Virus record (IMG/VR): IMGVR_UViG_3300027566_000029
Coordinates: 1-31,113 of that record
DNA: 31,113 nt
Direction: 5' to 3' (one strand)
Origin: a virus
Taxonomy: Duplodnaviria > Caudoviricetes
Below the pieces are notes generated by a model that saw only the letters and a list, made by a program, of their open reading frames with translations, was not told the DNA's origin and did not search any database. Position 1 is the first letter of the stretch, and each line of letters starts with the position of its first letter. The position numbers and the translations under genes are program-made. Shown here in pieces: positions 1 to 8,921 of the stretch.

Positions 1-1
1 T

Positions 2-9
2 TATCTTTG
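2..9 (+). promoter_or_regulatory. Bacteroidota -7 promoter element upstream of tRNA
   Basis: TATCTTTG matches the TAnnTTTG consensus, ~30 nt before the tRNA. Confidence 0.65.
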
Positions 10-39
10 CACTCCCTAACGGGAAAACCTTTAAGAAGG

Positions 40-113
40 GGTTCGGTAGCTCAGTTGGATAGAGCAACAGCCTTCTAAGCTGTGGGTCTTGGGTTCGAAT
101 CCCAACCGAATCA
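40..113 (+). tRNA. tRNA-Arg (anticodon TCT); likely prophage attachment site
   Basis: Acceptor stem GGTTCGG/CCGAATC, D arm GCTC/GAGC, anticodon stem ACAGC/GCTGT with loop CTTCTAA (TCT at 74-76), T arm TTGGG-TTCGAAT-CCCAA. Confidence 0.97.
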
Positions 114-124
114 CATGAAAACTG

Positions 125-155
125 AAGCCTTATGAGATGATCATAAGGCTTTTTT
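125..155 (+). terminator. Intrinsic terminator after tRNA
   Basis: Perfect 11-bp stem AAGCCTTATGA/TCATAAGGCTT, 5-nt loop, then T run. Confidence 0.8.
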
Positions 156-272
156 ATTGTGCTATAACGAAAAGGATATCAATTATATACATACTCATTT
201 TAGTTTCGTTTTCAAATCGCTATTATTAATATTTTGTTGTTTTGACACACGATATTAAATAATAAAAATTAC

Positions 273-338
273 ATTTGTACAAGGTCAATTTGTACAAATA
301 AACGAAAATGTTTTCCAAATGTTTTTCATGTTTTCCAA
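273..338. repeat. Short repeats upstream of integrase (candidate arm-type or regulatory sites)
   Basis: ATTTGTACAA at 273-282 and 288-297; ATGTTTTCCAA at 308-318 and 328-338 with a partial copy between. Confidence 0.45.
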
Positions 339-350
339 AAAATCGGATGA

Positions 351-1625
351 ATGATAACTCTTAAAATGATGATCCGACCGGATCGACAGAAAAAGGATGG
401 TACCTGGAACGTAAATTTACGAATTTCTTTCCAGAGAAAAACAACTTATATTTCAACTCCATACTTTGTGACAAAATCACAACTCAATAAAGCATTTGAA
501 ATCAAAGATAATTTTCTGCAGATGCAGGTTGATGAAGACCTTAATAAGGCAAGAAGAGAAGTGTCAACCTCATATTCCAAACTTTCGGAACTCAATGCTT
601 CTCAAGTTGGAGAATATTTGTCCAACTTTCTATATTCTAAGAAACGGGATGTGATAAACTTTTTCGATTTCGCTAATAACTATATGGCTATCATGGAAGA
701 GAATAACCAAGCATCCAGGAGAAATTATGTTATCTCAGTTAATAAGGTAAAGTCATTTGTAGGTCATGAAGAATTATCATTCTCTGATATTACTCTTGCA
801 TTTTTGGCAAGCTTTGATTCATGGCTTAAAAATAATGGAGTTGGTACCCGTGGCCGGTCTTTATATTTGTCCAACCTGAGAGCGATTTTTAATGCAGCAA
901 TCCGACATTACAATGATGAAGAGAACGATATTATAAAAATATCCAGAAATCCCTTCAAACGATTCTCCCTTCCAAAAGAAGAGGCTCCGGAAAAAAGAGC
1001 CTTGAAATTACACCAAATAAGGGCATTAATAGTCTATAAACCTCAGAAGGAGACAGTCCAATTTGCAAAGGATGTTTTTTTGTTATCATTTTATCTAGTT
1101 GGTATAAATACAGTTGATCTCTATCAAGTCAATAAGATTTCTGGAGATAGGATAACTTACAAGAGAGCGAAAACCCGTCACTCCCGGGCTGATGGGGCTG
1201 AGATATCAATTAAAATTGAACCAGAGGCCCTGGATCTGATCAAGAAATACCGGGATAAGTCAAACGAGAGAGCGTTGAATTTCCATTTCAGATATTCCAC
1301 GGCAGCCGGATTCAACTCCTCGGTCAATGAATTTTTAAAAGTGATAGGTAAGAATATAGGTGTTGATGAGTTGGATTATTATGCTGCCCGTCACACATGG
1401 GCAACTTTGTTTGTTAACAATTGTGACGGATCGGAATCAGAAGCAGCTTTTTGCCTTAATCATGTATCGGAACACAAAGTAACGACCGGCTATATAAAAA
1501 AGGATTTTGCCAGAATAGATAGGGCAAATAGAAAGGTGTTGGATTATGTGATGAAGCAAATTTATTATTTCAAACTAAAATATATTGGCATTTCTTATAA
1601 ACGCAAATTCTTGATAGGTAAATAA
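351..1625 (+). CDS. int: Tyrosine recombinase / phage integrase
   Basis: 424 aa; N-terminal arm-binding-like region, SAM-like core, YYAARHTWAT, LNH and TTGY catalytic-region motifs; next to tRNA. Confidence 0.93.
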   Translation: MITLKMMIRPDRQKKDGTWNVNLRISFQRKTTYISTPYFVTKSQLNKAFEIKDNFLQMQVDEDLNKARREVSTSYSKLSELNASQVGEYLSNFLYSKKRDVINFFDFANNYMAIMEENNQASRRNYVISVNKVKSFVGHEELSFSDITLAFLASFDSWLKNNGVGTRGRSLYLSNLRAIFNAAIRHYNDEENDIIKISRNPFKRFSLPKEEAPEKRALKLHQIRALIVYKPQKETVQFAKDVFLLSFYLVGINTVDLYQVNKISGDRITYKRAKTRHSRADGAEISIKIEPEALDLIKKYRDKSNERALNFHFRYSTAAGFNSSVNEFLKVIGKNIGVDELDYYAARHTWATLFVNNCDGSESEAAFCLNHVSEHKVTTGYIKKDFARIDRANRKVLDYVMKQIYYFKLKYIGISYKRKFLIGK

Positions 1626-1642
1626 AAAATGCTGTGATTTTA

Positions 1643-2374
1643 TTAGGAAATAGCTGGCATGCTTTGAAAGATCTTCCCATTTATGAGCTTGCCATTCGCT
1701 TTTTTGTTTCTTTTTATACCATCACTGCCCCAGGTTCCCCATTGTTTAAAGAAAAATGCTGCACCTTGGGCTTCAACTTGATTTTTAATCCTGGTAACCC
1801 ATTCTTCTTTCATTGGTCTCGCCTTGTTTCCACTCTCTCCTCCAACAATTACCCAGTCTATATTTGAAAGATCCAATACTCCCAAATCTTCTAACAGTGG
1901 TTCACATGATAAAAATTTTATTGGTGCTGAAAGAGTTCGCAAAAAATCAATTCTGTTTTTAGAGCTTGATACGTCAACAGTGACACCAAGCCAGGCATTT
2001 AAGGGAATTGGATTTTTAGAAAAATAGCTATTCATTCGTTGGGCTCTTTTTGTCAAGATCTGATAGTTGTGGTGTGGAGTAGCATTAATTACATCCATAA
2101 CTTTATCTATAAACTCATCCGAAACTTTTTCATGAAATAAATCACTCATTGAACAAACGAAAATATTATGCGGTTTTTTCCAGGAGAACGGTTCATTTAG
2201 GGCATTCTCATGTGTTGATAAAATAAAACCATTTATATATTTTTCTTGCCTCATAGCCTGAAGCCTTATGGCCATAGTTTCGGCATAACAATTAGCACAA
2301 CCAGCAGAAACCTTTGTACATCCAGTTATCGGATTCCAAGTTTTATCGGTCCACTCAATTTTTGTTGTTTTCAT
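1643..2374 (-). CDS. Phage Gp37/Gp68 (DUF5131) family three-Cys protein
   Basis: IEWTDKTWNPITGCTKVSAGCANCYAE (Cx6Cx2C), FVCSMSDLFH, QILTKR, WVIVGGESG, FFFKQWG. Confidence 0.9.
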   Translation of the reverse strand: MKTTKIEWTDKTWNPITGCTKVSAGCANCYAETMAIRLQAMRQEKYINGFILSTHENALNEPFSWKKPHNIFVCSMSDLFHEKVSDEFIDKVMDVINATPHHNYQILTKRAQRMNSYFSKNPIPLNAWLGVTVDVSSSKNRIDFLRTLSAPIKFLSCEPLLEDLGVLDLSNIDWVIVGGESGNKARPMKEEWVTRIKNQVEAQGAAFFFKQWGTWGSDGIKRNKKANGKLINGKIFQSMPAIS

Positions 2375-3524
2375 TGTTGCAAATTAAAATGTTCTTTTTG
2401 GAATTAAAATCAAGATAAAAAACACCTCTTCGAGGTCTAGGATCATTTACGACAACTATTAACTTTTTCTTTTCCAAGTTTCTAAGTATTTCGTTTGTCT
2501 TAGGAATGCTTATTCCGTTTTCTATGGCAAATATATATAAATTTTTATTTGATTTTGGAGTGACTAAAAACTCAAGCAATCTTAATTCAAAGTAAACTAA
2601 TTTTTTTACACGATTTTGGTTACCATCACTAAATAGATCTATTGTCATTTGGCCTTGTCGTATAGGGTCATTATCAATATCATGATTTGTTTCTCCTGTA
2701 TGCGGATCGATTGTCCAGGCAGCATCTAAAAACTTTGCTAATCCAACAGGGCTATTTGAATAAAATATAATTCCGTAATAGTTTGCACCCTTTTTTATTG
2801 AAAATTGTCCTAAATACCCATTATTGGTTCCTAATATAGACTTATAATAGTTATAGATAACACGATGACATTCTGATGGTTTTTTAGAAGAGAAATCAAG
2901 GTTTGAGATTTCCAAATATTTTTGAAATTCTGGCTGATCCTTAAATCTGACCAAGTGATGAGAGGAAATAAAAAACATGAAATCAGTTTTTTTCAAGCAA
3001 ATCAGCTTTTGAAACACATCTTTTGTAACATATTTAATTCCAAACTGATCTAAGAAAATGAACCTTGGAACATTAGTTCTTGATAAAAACTGATTGAACT
3101 TTTGTTCAAATAATATATTGAAATCCTCATTGTGGACAGATATTTCAAAAGGGCACTCTGATATTGATCTACCGTTACAAAGGTTATGACTCTGATTTTT
3201 TAGACAGATTGAAATTTTATCATCAATATTTTTTTTAAGCGCATCTATTATCGGTCCGGAATTATCATTAAGTGTCAACCTTACTTTACCGCCGTATTGC
3301 TTTATTTTTTTACAGTATATTCTTAACTCATCAAGTATTATCAATGGGCTACCCAAAGCCCCAGAAGAATCTAATCCAATCCCAGAAAAAAAATCTGCAA
3401 TTTCTATAACACTGTATTTTTGTTCGATGAAAACAGGTAGCCAACTTCTTAAATACCTTCTAAACAGTTCTAGTTTAATAAGAGTCCCTTCATCAAAAGG
3501 TGTAGCGAAAAACTTTCTATTCAT
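2355..3524 (-). CDS. tcmP: Three-Cys-motif partner protein (methyltransferase-like fold)
   Basis: TLIKLELFRRYL..W, DFFSGIG..GSPL (SAM motif I-like), FIFLDQFG; overlaps the Gp37/Gp68 gene, its usual partner. Confidence 0.82.
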   Translation of the reverse strand: MNRKFFATPFDEGTLIKLELFRRYLRSWLPVFIEQKYSVIEIADFFSGIGLDSSGALGSPLIILDELRIYCKKIKQYGGKVRLTLNDNSGPIIDALKKNIDDKISICLKNQSHNLCNGRSISECPFEISVHNEDFNILFEQKFNQFLSRTNVPRFIFLDQFGIKYVTKDVFQKLICLKKTDFMFFISSHHLVRFKDQPEFQKYLEISNLDFSSKKPSECHRVIYNYYKSILGTNNGYLGQFSIKKGANYYGIIFYSNSPVGLAKFLDAAWTIDPHTGETNHDIDNDPIRQGQMTIDLFSDGNQNRVKKLVYFELRLLEFLVTPKSNKNLYIFAIENGISIPKTNEILRNLEKKKLIVVVNDPRPRRGVFYLDFNSKKNILICNNENNKN

Positions 3525-3540
3525 AAATATGAAGCTATTA

Positions 3541-3729
3541 TTACTCTTCCGCTTTTCGGATCATCTCCAGCAGATCCTCGTATGAGTGCTTTATAGGAGA
3601 AATAGTATCTTTTCCCACTAAATGAATAGATGGGCCAGTTTTTTTTGCATGTTGTTTAATACAGACAATATGATTAATATTTAATAAGGTAATTTCATTC
3701 TCATCAGAGATTTCAATGAAGTTTTTCAT
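3541..3729 (-). CDS. Small hypothetical protein
   Basis: 62 aa, tightly packed in the minus-strand operon. Confidence 0.6.
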   Translation of the reverse strand: MKNFIEISDENEITLLNINHIVCIKQHAKKTGPSIHLVGKDTISPIKHSYEDLLEMIRKAEE

Positions 3730-3737
3730 GATACAGT

Positions 3738-4115
3738 TTATTCGTAAAATTTAGCCAATATTTCTTTTTTCTCTGTATCTTGATTTTTAAAAACAACTTT
3801 TTTAATAACCCAATAATGAATGCTTTTATTCATTTTTTCGTAAGTGTTCACATATGTCTTGTCTAGGGACCAATTATATGCAGAAACAAAATTTAAGGCA
3901 TCGATAAGAGATTTAAATTTAGATTCCTTTTTATCTTTTGATATAAAGTTAGCACCAAAATCGAGCTCAACTTTAAATTCATCATATAAGTACGATTGAG
4001 TCCCGATGATTACAGCATAAGTATATTTCTCCTCTGAGGCTTTGTTCTCTTGAGAAAATACAACATTGGATATAAGCACAATTAGTACTAATAGTAGAAG
4101 CTTTTTCATATTCAT
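3738..4115 (-). CDS. Secreted/periplasmic hypothetical protein
   Basis: Signal peptide MKKLLLLVLIVLISNVVFS-Q. Confidence 0.7.
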   Translation of the reverse strand: MNMKKLLLLVLIVLISNVVFSQENKASEEKYTYAVIIGTQSYLYDEFKVELDFGANFISKDKKESKFKSLIDALNFVSAYNWSLDKTYVNTYEKMNKSIHYWVIKKVVFKNQDTEKKEILAKFYE

Positions 4116-4167
4116 AAGTTTAAGTTAATGAGTCAAGTTTTCATATAGTTTAAGATAACGTATTATA

Positions 4168-4647
4168 TTATAAATATCTTGCACCTATTAGCTTTGTTGG
4201 ATCTAACTCTTTTGAAAATATACAACTCAAAGCAACTTCCCCACGATAGTATGTGTTTCCATCGGCTCCACTTCCCTTTGTTACTTCAGCAAATGTCCCT
4301 TTTATAAATCCATCGTACTTTTCTATAAGAATTTTATGTAAATATTCGTTTCCCGCAGGAAGCCATCCATAAAATTCTCCATCAACAATTATTTTAATTG
4401 CAAATTTATCATATTCATTATCTGTTATTGCCATTAGAGATACATTATCATGATCGCCAGCCTTAATATTTTTTCTATAATTGATTCCTTTTATAGGAAA
4501 CATATAAAAAAGAATTTCTTTCTTAGGATTATAATGTTTACGGATCTTTTTAATTATAAATAGAATAAGCATTAGAGGTAAAGCAATAATACAAACTAAT
4601 AAAATTATAAATATGATTTGAGCTGTTATTTCTGCTGCGTTATTCAC
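4168..4647 (-). CDS. Membrane-anchored HIRAN-like domain protein
   Basis: N-terminal TM helix, then IKGINYR...DNEYDKFAIKI...GWLP, resembling HIRAN motifs; GTG start uncertain. Confidence 0.6.
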   Translation of the reverse strand: MNNAAEITAQIIFIILLVCIIALPLMLILFIIKKIRKHYNPKKEILFYMFPIKGINYRKNIKAGDHDNVSLMAITDNEYDKFAIKIIVDGEFYGWLPAGNEYLHKILIEKYDGFIKGTFAEVTKGSGADGNTYYRGEVALSCIFSKELDPTKLIGARYL

Positions 4648-4749
4648 TTGGAATGATTTTATTATTAATTTAAGCCATCAAGGCGATTAACCAAAAATCC
4701 ACAAGGATCTTTGTTACCCTCATAAACGGCACATTTTTACAACGACACA

Positions 4750-5232
4750 TCATGCAGTTTTGGCAGCACCGTCTATGAGATTTTCCGATTTGTTTTCAGA
4801 ACTATTGATTTTTTTTGCCAACTCCACATTTGTGGCTGTTATCTCTTTCAGCGCTGTAATGATCTTCTCATGCTGATCAACCAATTTTGAGTTTGTTGTT
4901 ACAAGCATAGAATTAGTTTCTATCAGTTGCCCCAAAATGTCCTCTTTGCTATAATTTTTTTTCTCGTATGAATTAGTTTGTTCACTTAATTGTGAAAATC
5001 TATTTTTCATCATTTCACCTACTCCAGTGAGGAGCCACGTCCGATTTATCTCTGGGTATGCACTTAGTATTTCATCAAGCAAATTGTTCGAAAGGCCATT
5101 CCTTTCTCTGAGGACTTGAGATGTTTTTACACCTCCTTTGTCATTGTATCTAGAGGAAAATTTATGTGCAGAGATCTTGTATACCTCTGTTATTATTTTC
5201 TTTAACCTCCTATTTACTTCAAAATCAGCCAT
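4750..5232 (-). CDS. CI-like phage repressor (HTH)
   Basis: ILSAYPEINRTWLLTGVGEM motif typical of phage repressors; divergent from the early operon; ATG at 5232 preferred over 5310. Confidence 0.7.
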   Translation of the reverse strand: MADFEVNRRLKKIITEVYKISAHKFSSRYNDKGGVKTSQVLRERNGLSNNLLDEILSAYPEINRTWLLTGVGEMMKNRFSQLSEQTNSYEKKNYSKEDILGQLIETNSMLVTTNSKLVDQHEKIITALKEITATNVELAKKINSSENKSENLIDGAAKTA

Positions 5233-5256
5233 TAAAATAATAGTAATAAAAATTAT

Positions 5257-5328
5257 AACAAAATGCTTTGATGTTAAAACAAAATGCTTTACATTTGCAT
5301 AAAGTTTCATTAATTATGTACAAAAGTA
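5257..5328. promoter_or_regulatory. Lysis/lysogeny switch: promoters and operator-like repeats
   Basis: Rightward TTTG(5267-5270)-N19-TACATTTG(5290-5297); leftward TACTTTTG at 5328-5321; direct repeat AACAAAATGCTTT at 5257 and 5278. Confidence 0.6.
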
Positions 5329-5369
5329 CACTATAAAGCTAAAAAATAAATAGCAAAATAACGCTAAAA

Positions 5370-5591
5370 ATGAGCAGTATGAATAAATTTTCTTTTATGA
5401 AAGGATGGCAGCAAGTGCCGAAAGGTAAGCTGCATCAAGTGAAGCAAGAGATTATGGCCAGTCTTCAAATAAATGCTTATTCGAGTTGGCTGACAAGATT
5501 ATACGGAAAAGTAGAACCTAGAAAGAGTGAAGCTGAAGCCATTGAGAATATCTTTTCGAAAATTGGGATTAAAGACATCTGGGGGAGGTAA
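5370..5591 (+). CDS. Cro-like small DNA-binding protein
   Basis: 73 aa, first gene divergent from the repressor; ends in G..EP...EAEAIE.IF, XRE-like. Confidence 0.6.
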   Translation: MSSMNKFSFMKGWQQVPKGKLHQVKQEIMASLQINAYSSWLTRLYGKVEPRKSEAEAIENIFSKIGIKDIWGR

Positions 5592-5601
5592 GTAAATAAC
5601 A

Positions 5602-5943
5602 ATGAAATGTAACAAAATAATGGAAAAAATGAATTTTACTAAAAAGAAAATTTCTGTAATAATTACAGAAACTCACGAGCTAAATGATGCGAGAGTTTTT
5701 CGTTTGTTAAACGAGTATCCTGGGTCAGAAATTCTCAAAAGTTTAGTTGTGACAATAATAGAGGAAAAGAATCTAGAGGAATCAAAACCTGATGCCTTTG
5801 AGGAAACAAAGGAGATGCAAATCAAGAGAGTCGAATACGATAAGAACAACTTATACTTCATAAGCCAACTTGAGAAACTTAAATATATGATAACAGAAAT
5901 TTCGGAAAAGCTCAAGTCGATAACAACTCATAATGAAAAGTAG
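5602..5943 (+). CDS. Hypothetical protein
   Basis: ORF co-oriented with the early operon. Confidence 0.5.
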   Translation: MKCNKIMEKMNFTKKKISVIITETHELNDARVFRLLNEYPGSEILKSLVVTIIEEKNLEESKPDAFEETKEMQIKRVEYDKNNLYFISQLEKLKYMITEISEKLKSITTHNEK

Positions 5944-6184
5944 CGTTTTCCATGCCCATGCCTTTCAGGATTATATTGACGGTATCTGCAACAGTATTTA
6001 AGTCACGAACAGAATCAGAGCAAAAATAAAAGTAAACACGAGAATTCTCCTTTTCGAAATACGCAAATGAACTTCCAAATGCTTCTTGTAAAGCAAAAAA
6101 GCGACTGCAAAAATCTACATAGGAGTAACCGTAATCAGTAATTGACTGAAATGAGATCATAGAAGAGACTTTAAAAAATGACAT
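5912..6184 (-). CDS. Hypothetical protein (antisense within early region)
   Basis: 90-aa ATG ORF filling an otherwise empty gap. Confidence 0.4.
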   Translation of the reverse strand: MSFFKVSSMISFQSITDYGYSYVDFCSRFFALQEAFGSSFAYFEKENSRVYFYFCSDSVRDLNTVADTVNIILKGMGMENATFHYELLST

Positions 6185-6239
6185 ACATGTTAATTTTAAA
6201 TTCTAAGGTAATTTAAAATCTGGACAAATCAAGAAAATC

Positions 6240-6647
6240 ATGTTTAGAATTCAATTAACCAATAGAGAAGAGCAGATTGCTGAACTACTGGCTTGGGGTG
6301 CATCCAAGAAAGAGGTTCCAGATCTCTTAATGACGAAACCCGGGAAAAGGCCCATTGCCATCAGAACAGTAGAGAACACTGTCAGAAACATCTATGAAAA
6401 GCTTGGAATCCAAAAGGTGAATGAACTTTCAGCATGGTACTTCTGCACCCATTTTCACATTTCGTTTAATTTATCACCACTTCAAAAACGACTGATTGCT
6501 GTGTTGCTCTTCATCAGCATTGCACCATCTGAAATTATAACACTGAAGGATGCGATCCGGCCAAGGATTACTATTAGAAACCAAAGAATAGCAGAGCTCT
6601 ACCCTCAGAGAAGGAGAGAAGATACATTCACCTTAGAACTCATATAA
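6240..6647 (+). CDS. LuxR-type HTH protein
   Basis: LTNREEQIAELLAWGASKKEV...IAIRTVENTVRNIYEKLGI. Confidence 0.8.
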   Translation: MFRIQLTNREEQIAELLAWGASKKEVPDLLMTKPGKRPIAIRTVENTVRNIYEKLGIQKVNELSAWYFCTHFHISFNLSPLQKRLIAVLLFISIAPSEIITLKDAIRPRITIRNQRIAELYPQRRREDTFTLELI

Positions 6648-6648
6648 A

Positions 6649-6978
6649 ATGACACATAATGGTAAAATCGTAAGTATGGAATTCCTGGAGTTGAAAAACC
6701 TCCTCGCGGATGCCGTTGCTATTGGATGTAGAAAGGTCCAGATCGAGACGATGCAAATCTCTCCATATATCTCAAAAAATGAAGCATATAAGAGATATAG
6801 TCGAAGGTTGGTCGATCGCTGGATACGTGAGGGAGCAATCAAGCAAATAAAGGATGGAGATTCCAACTATAAAATCAGGATTAACCGATTGGAGATAGAA
6901 CAGGCGGCATCAGCAAGTAACCGGGTATCATTTTACAAAAACAAGGAGAAATGCTTAGAGGAGAAATCAGAGAGCTGA
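6649..6978 (+). CDS. Excisionase-like / HTH DNA-binding protein
   Basis: YISKNEAYKRYSRRLVDRWIREGAI...IRINRLEIE resembles an Xis/MerR-like wHTH. Confidence 0.5.
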   Translation: MTHNGKIVSMEFLELKNLLADAVAIGCRKVQIETMQISPYISKNEAYKRYSRRLVDRWIREGAIKQIKDGDSNYKIRINRLEIEQAASASNRVSFYKNKEKCLEEKSES

Positions 6979-7271
6979 AGAAACGTCTCCGGGAGCTGTG
7001 TTTTTCCTATAAAGAGGAGCTGACACAGGTTGAGACTGTGGTTGATCAGTACAATCTTCTTTATGATGTGCAGGAGAGAGCCAGGATGGAGTTTCGGAAG
7101 AAACTAAAGACCAGGGATGTCTTGTATGAGGTGGGGAAGATCTTCGGTATAAGTACACAGACCCTTTACCGGGCAAGATCGGCAGTAAAATCGGCCAGAG
7201 CCGGTCAGGAACCCAAAAAATATGCAAAAAGGACTTTCAATAATATCAAGTATAATCTTAAATCCAGATAG
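6951..7271 (+). CDS. Hypothetical HTH protein
   Basis: EVGKIFGISTQTLYR HTH-like segment. Confidence 0.5.
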   Translation: MLRGEIRELKKRLRELCFSYKEELTQVETVVDQYNLLYDVQERARMEFRKKLKTRDVLYEVGKIFGISTQTLYRARSAVKSARAGQEPKKYAKRTFNNIKYNLKSR

Positions 7272-7273
7272 TT

Positions 7274-7513
7274 ATGAAAATTTCAAAATTGGGAAAAATG
7301 ATCATCCTGTTTATTTTATGTATCGCCCTGTCCGCTTTCTCTCTTCATACCTGGGCAGGCTATGGCCCGCTTACAATCGGCTCCTATTTATCATCAGCTC
7401 TAATACACATTGTAGTGCCCATGTTCCTTTTATGGGCAGTGCTTTATCGGAAGATACAGACCCGAGGTGGAAACAATATCCAGACCATCCGGCGCATGCA
7501 GAGAGGAGATTGA
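7274..7513 (+). CDS. Small membrane protein
   Basis: Two hydrophobic stretches and a basic C-terminus. Confidence 0.55.
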   Translation: MKISKLGKMIILFILCIALSAFSLHTWAGYGPLTIGSYLSSALIHIVVPMFLLWAVLYRKIQTRGGNNIQTIRRMQRGD

Positions 7514-7575
7514 AACTTTAGTCATCGGCCAGAGAAGTATTGTAAATAATTTTCAAATCATACCTAATACCCACT

Positions 7576-7758
7576 ATGTCAGATAAAATAAAAATTTCGA
7601 TCTCTGCTTATGGAGTAACCCATTCCACTGAGATTGATGATGAGTGTTCGGCTCAGGAGTTCATTAACGCAATCCTGGATGCAGCTAATTCCGGGATATT
7701 CACCAAAGATGCATTGAAGAATGCTATAGAAACAGCTGCATTAAACATTAAGTTATGA
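7576..7758 (+). CDS. Hypothetical protein
   Basis: 60 aa, ATGA overlap with next gene. Confidence 0.6.
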   Translation: MSDKIKISISAYGVTHSTEIDDECSAQEFINAILDAANSGIFTKDALKNAIETAALNIKL

Positions 7759-8591
7759 GATCGGTAATTATTGGTTGGTGGAGTGCCGGAATAACGAGTA
7801 CCGTCGCATGTAAAATAGCCTTGGAACTATATGACAATGTTGAGTTGGTCTATATAGAGTCAGGGAACCTTCACCCGGATAATATCCGATTTAAAAATGA
7901 CTGTGAAAAGTGGTATGGCCAGGAGATCCGGATTGTACACAACAGCTCCGGCTATGAGAGTCAGATAGACGTCATTCACAAAACCAAGTACGTCAATGGA
8001 CCAGAGGGTGCGCGCTGTACCCTTGAACTGAAGAAGAAAACAAGATGGGAGACCGAGGAGCTGCTGGCCAGTGAAGGAAAGAGGGTTGACTATCAGGTAT
8101 TCGGATTTGAATTTATGCGCAGGGAGGTGAACAGGGCAATTCGCTTCCTGCAACAGTACCCTGAGGCCAGCCCTCTTTTCCCGTTGATAGAAAAAGGACT
8201 TGACAAGGACGCATGTGCCGGCATTCTGATAAATGCCGGGATAGAGATTCCGGAGATGTACAGGATGGGTTACCCGAACAACAATTGCCTGGGTTGCATC
8301 AAGGGAGGTAAGGGATATTGGAACAAGGTGAGGGTGGATTTTCCGGAGATATTCCAGGAGATGGCCATGGCAGAAAGGGTAGCCGGCCACAGCTGTATCC
8401 GGGACACTTTCCTGGATGAGCTGGATCCGGAAGCAGGAAGATCCATGCGGATAGTAATGCCCAACTGCGGTACTTTCTGCGAAGTAGAGTTAGGAGACAT
8501 CGAGGATGCAAGCCTGGACCCAATCATGAAAGGAGTGGTAAGCATTTATGATACTGCAAGAATGAAACTCAAAAAATCAAAAGACTACTAA
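7755..8591 (+). CDS. PAPS-reductase-like (PP-loop) phage protein
   Basis: WWSAGITS PP-loop variant, ARCTLELKK, GYPNNNCLGCIKGG.GYW, C-terminal CGTFC. Confidence 0.75.
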   Translation: MRSVIIGWWSAGITSTVACKIALELYDNVELVYIESGNLHPDNIRFKNDCEKWYGQEIRIVHNSSGYESQIDVIHKTKYVNGPEGARCTLELKKKTRWETEELLASEGKRVDYQVFGFEFMRREVNRAIRFLQQYPEASPLFPLIEKGLDKDACAGILINAGIEIPEMYRMGYPNNNCLGCIKGGKGYWNKVRVDFPEIFQEMAMAERVAGHSCIRDTFLDELDPEAGRSMRIVMPNCGTFCEVELGDIEDASLDPIMKGVVSIYDTARMKLKKSKDY

Positions 8592-8594
8592 AAT

Positions 8595-8915
8595 ATGAAA
8601 GGAGTTTGCAAATACTGCGGATGTACGGAAAATACCGCCTGTTATCACCCTGATTATGGCAACTGCTGGTGGGTGGATGATAGCGAGACTGTCTGTTCTC
8701 ATTGCCAGATGACCGGCAAGGATGTAATGGCAAAAAAGACCAAGGCCAAACACAATCTTATCTACAGGATCCGCAAGGCCGGTCAAGGCCGTGTGGTTAC
8801 GTCGCAAAAAACGATCTATTTCTTTTACGAAGAACCTGAAAAGGTCACTACAAGAAAACATGTCAGACTTCAAAAGGAATATGGATTTATGATTCAATCG
8901 GAACTTGTAAAATAA
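8595..8915 (+). CDS. Hypothetical Cys-rich (Zn-finger-like) protein
   Basis: CKYCGC..AC...CWW...CSHC. Confidence 0.65.
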   Translation: MKGVCKYCGCTENTACYHPDYGNCWWVDDSETVCSHCQMTGKDVMAKKTKAKHNLIYRIRKAGQGRVVTSQKTIYFFYEEPEKVTTRKHVRLQKEYGFMIQSELVK

Positions 8916-8921
8916 AGGAAT

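Noticed and set aside
5233-5310. Longer repressor start at 5310
   Set aside because: The extension runs through the promoter/operator repeats (repeated KHFV)
7274-7513. Holin call for the small membrane protein
   Set aside because: Early-region location and no adjacent endolysin
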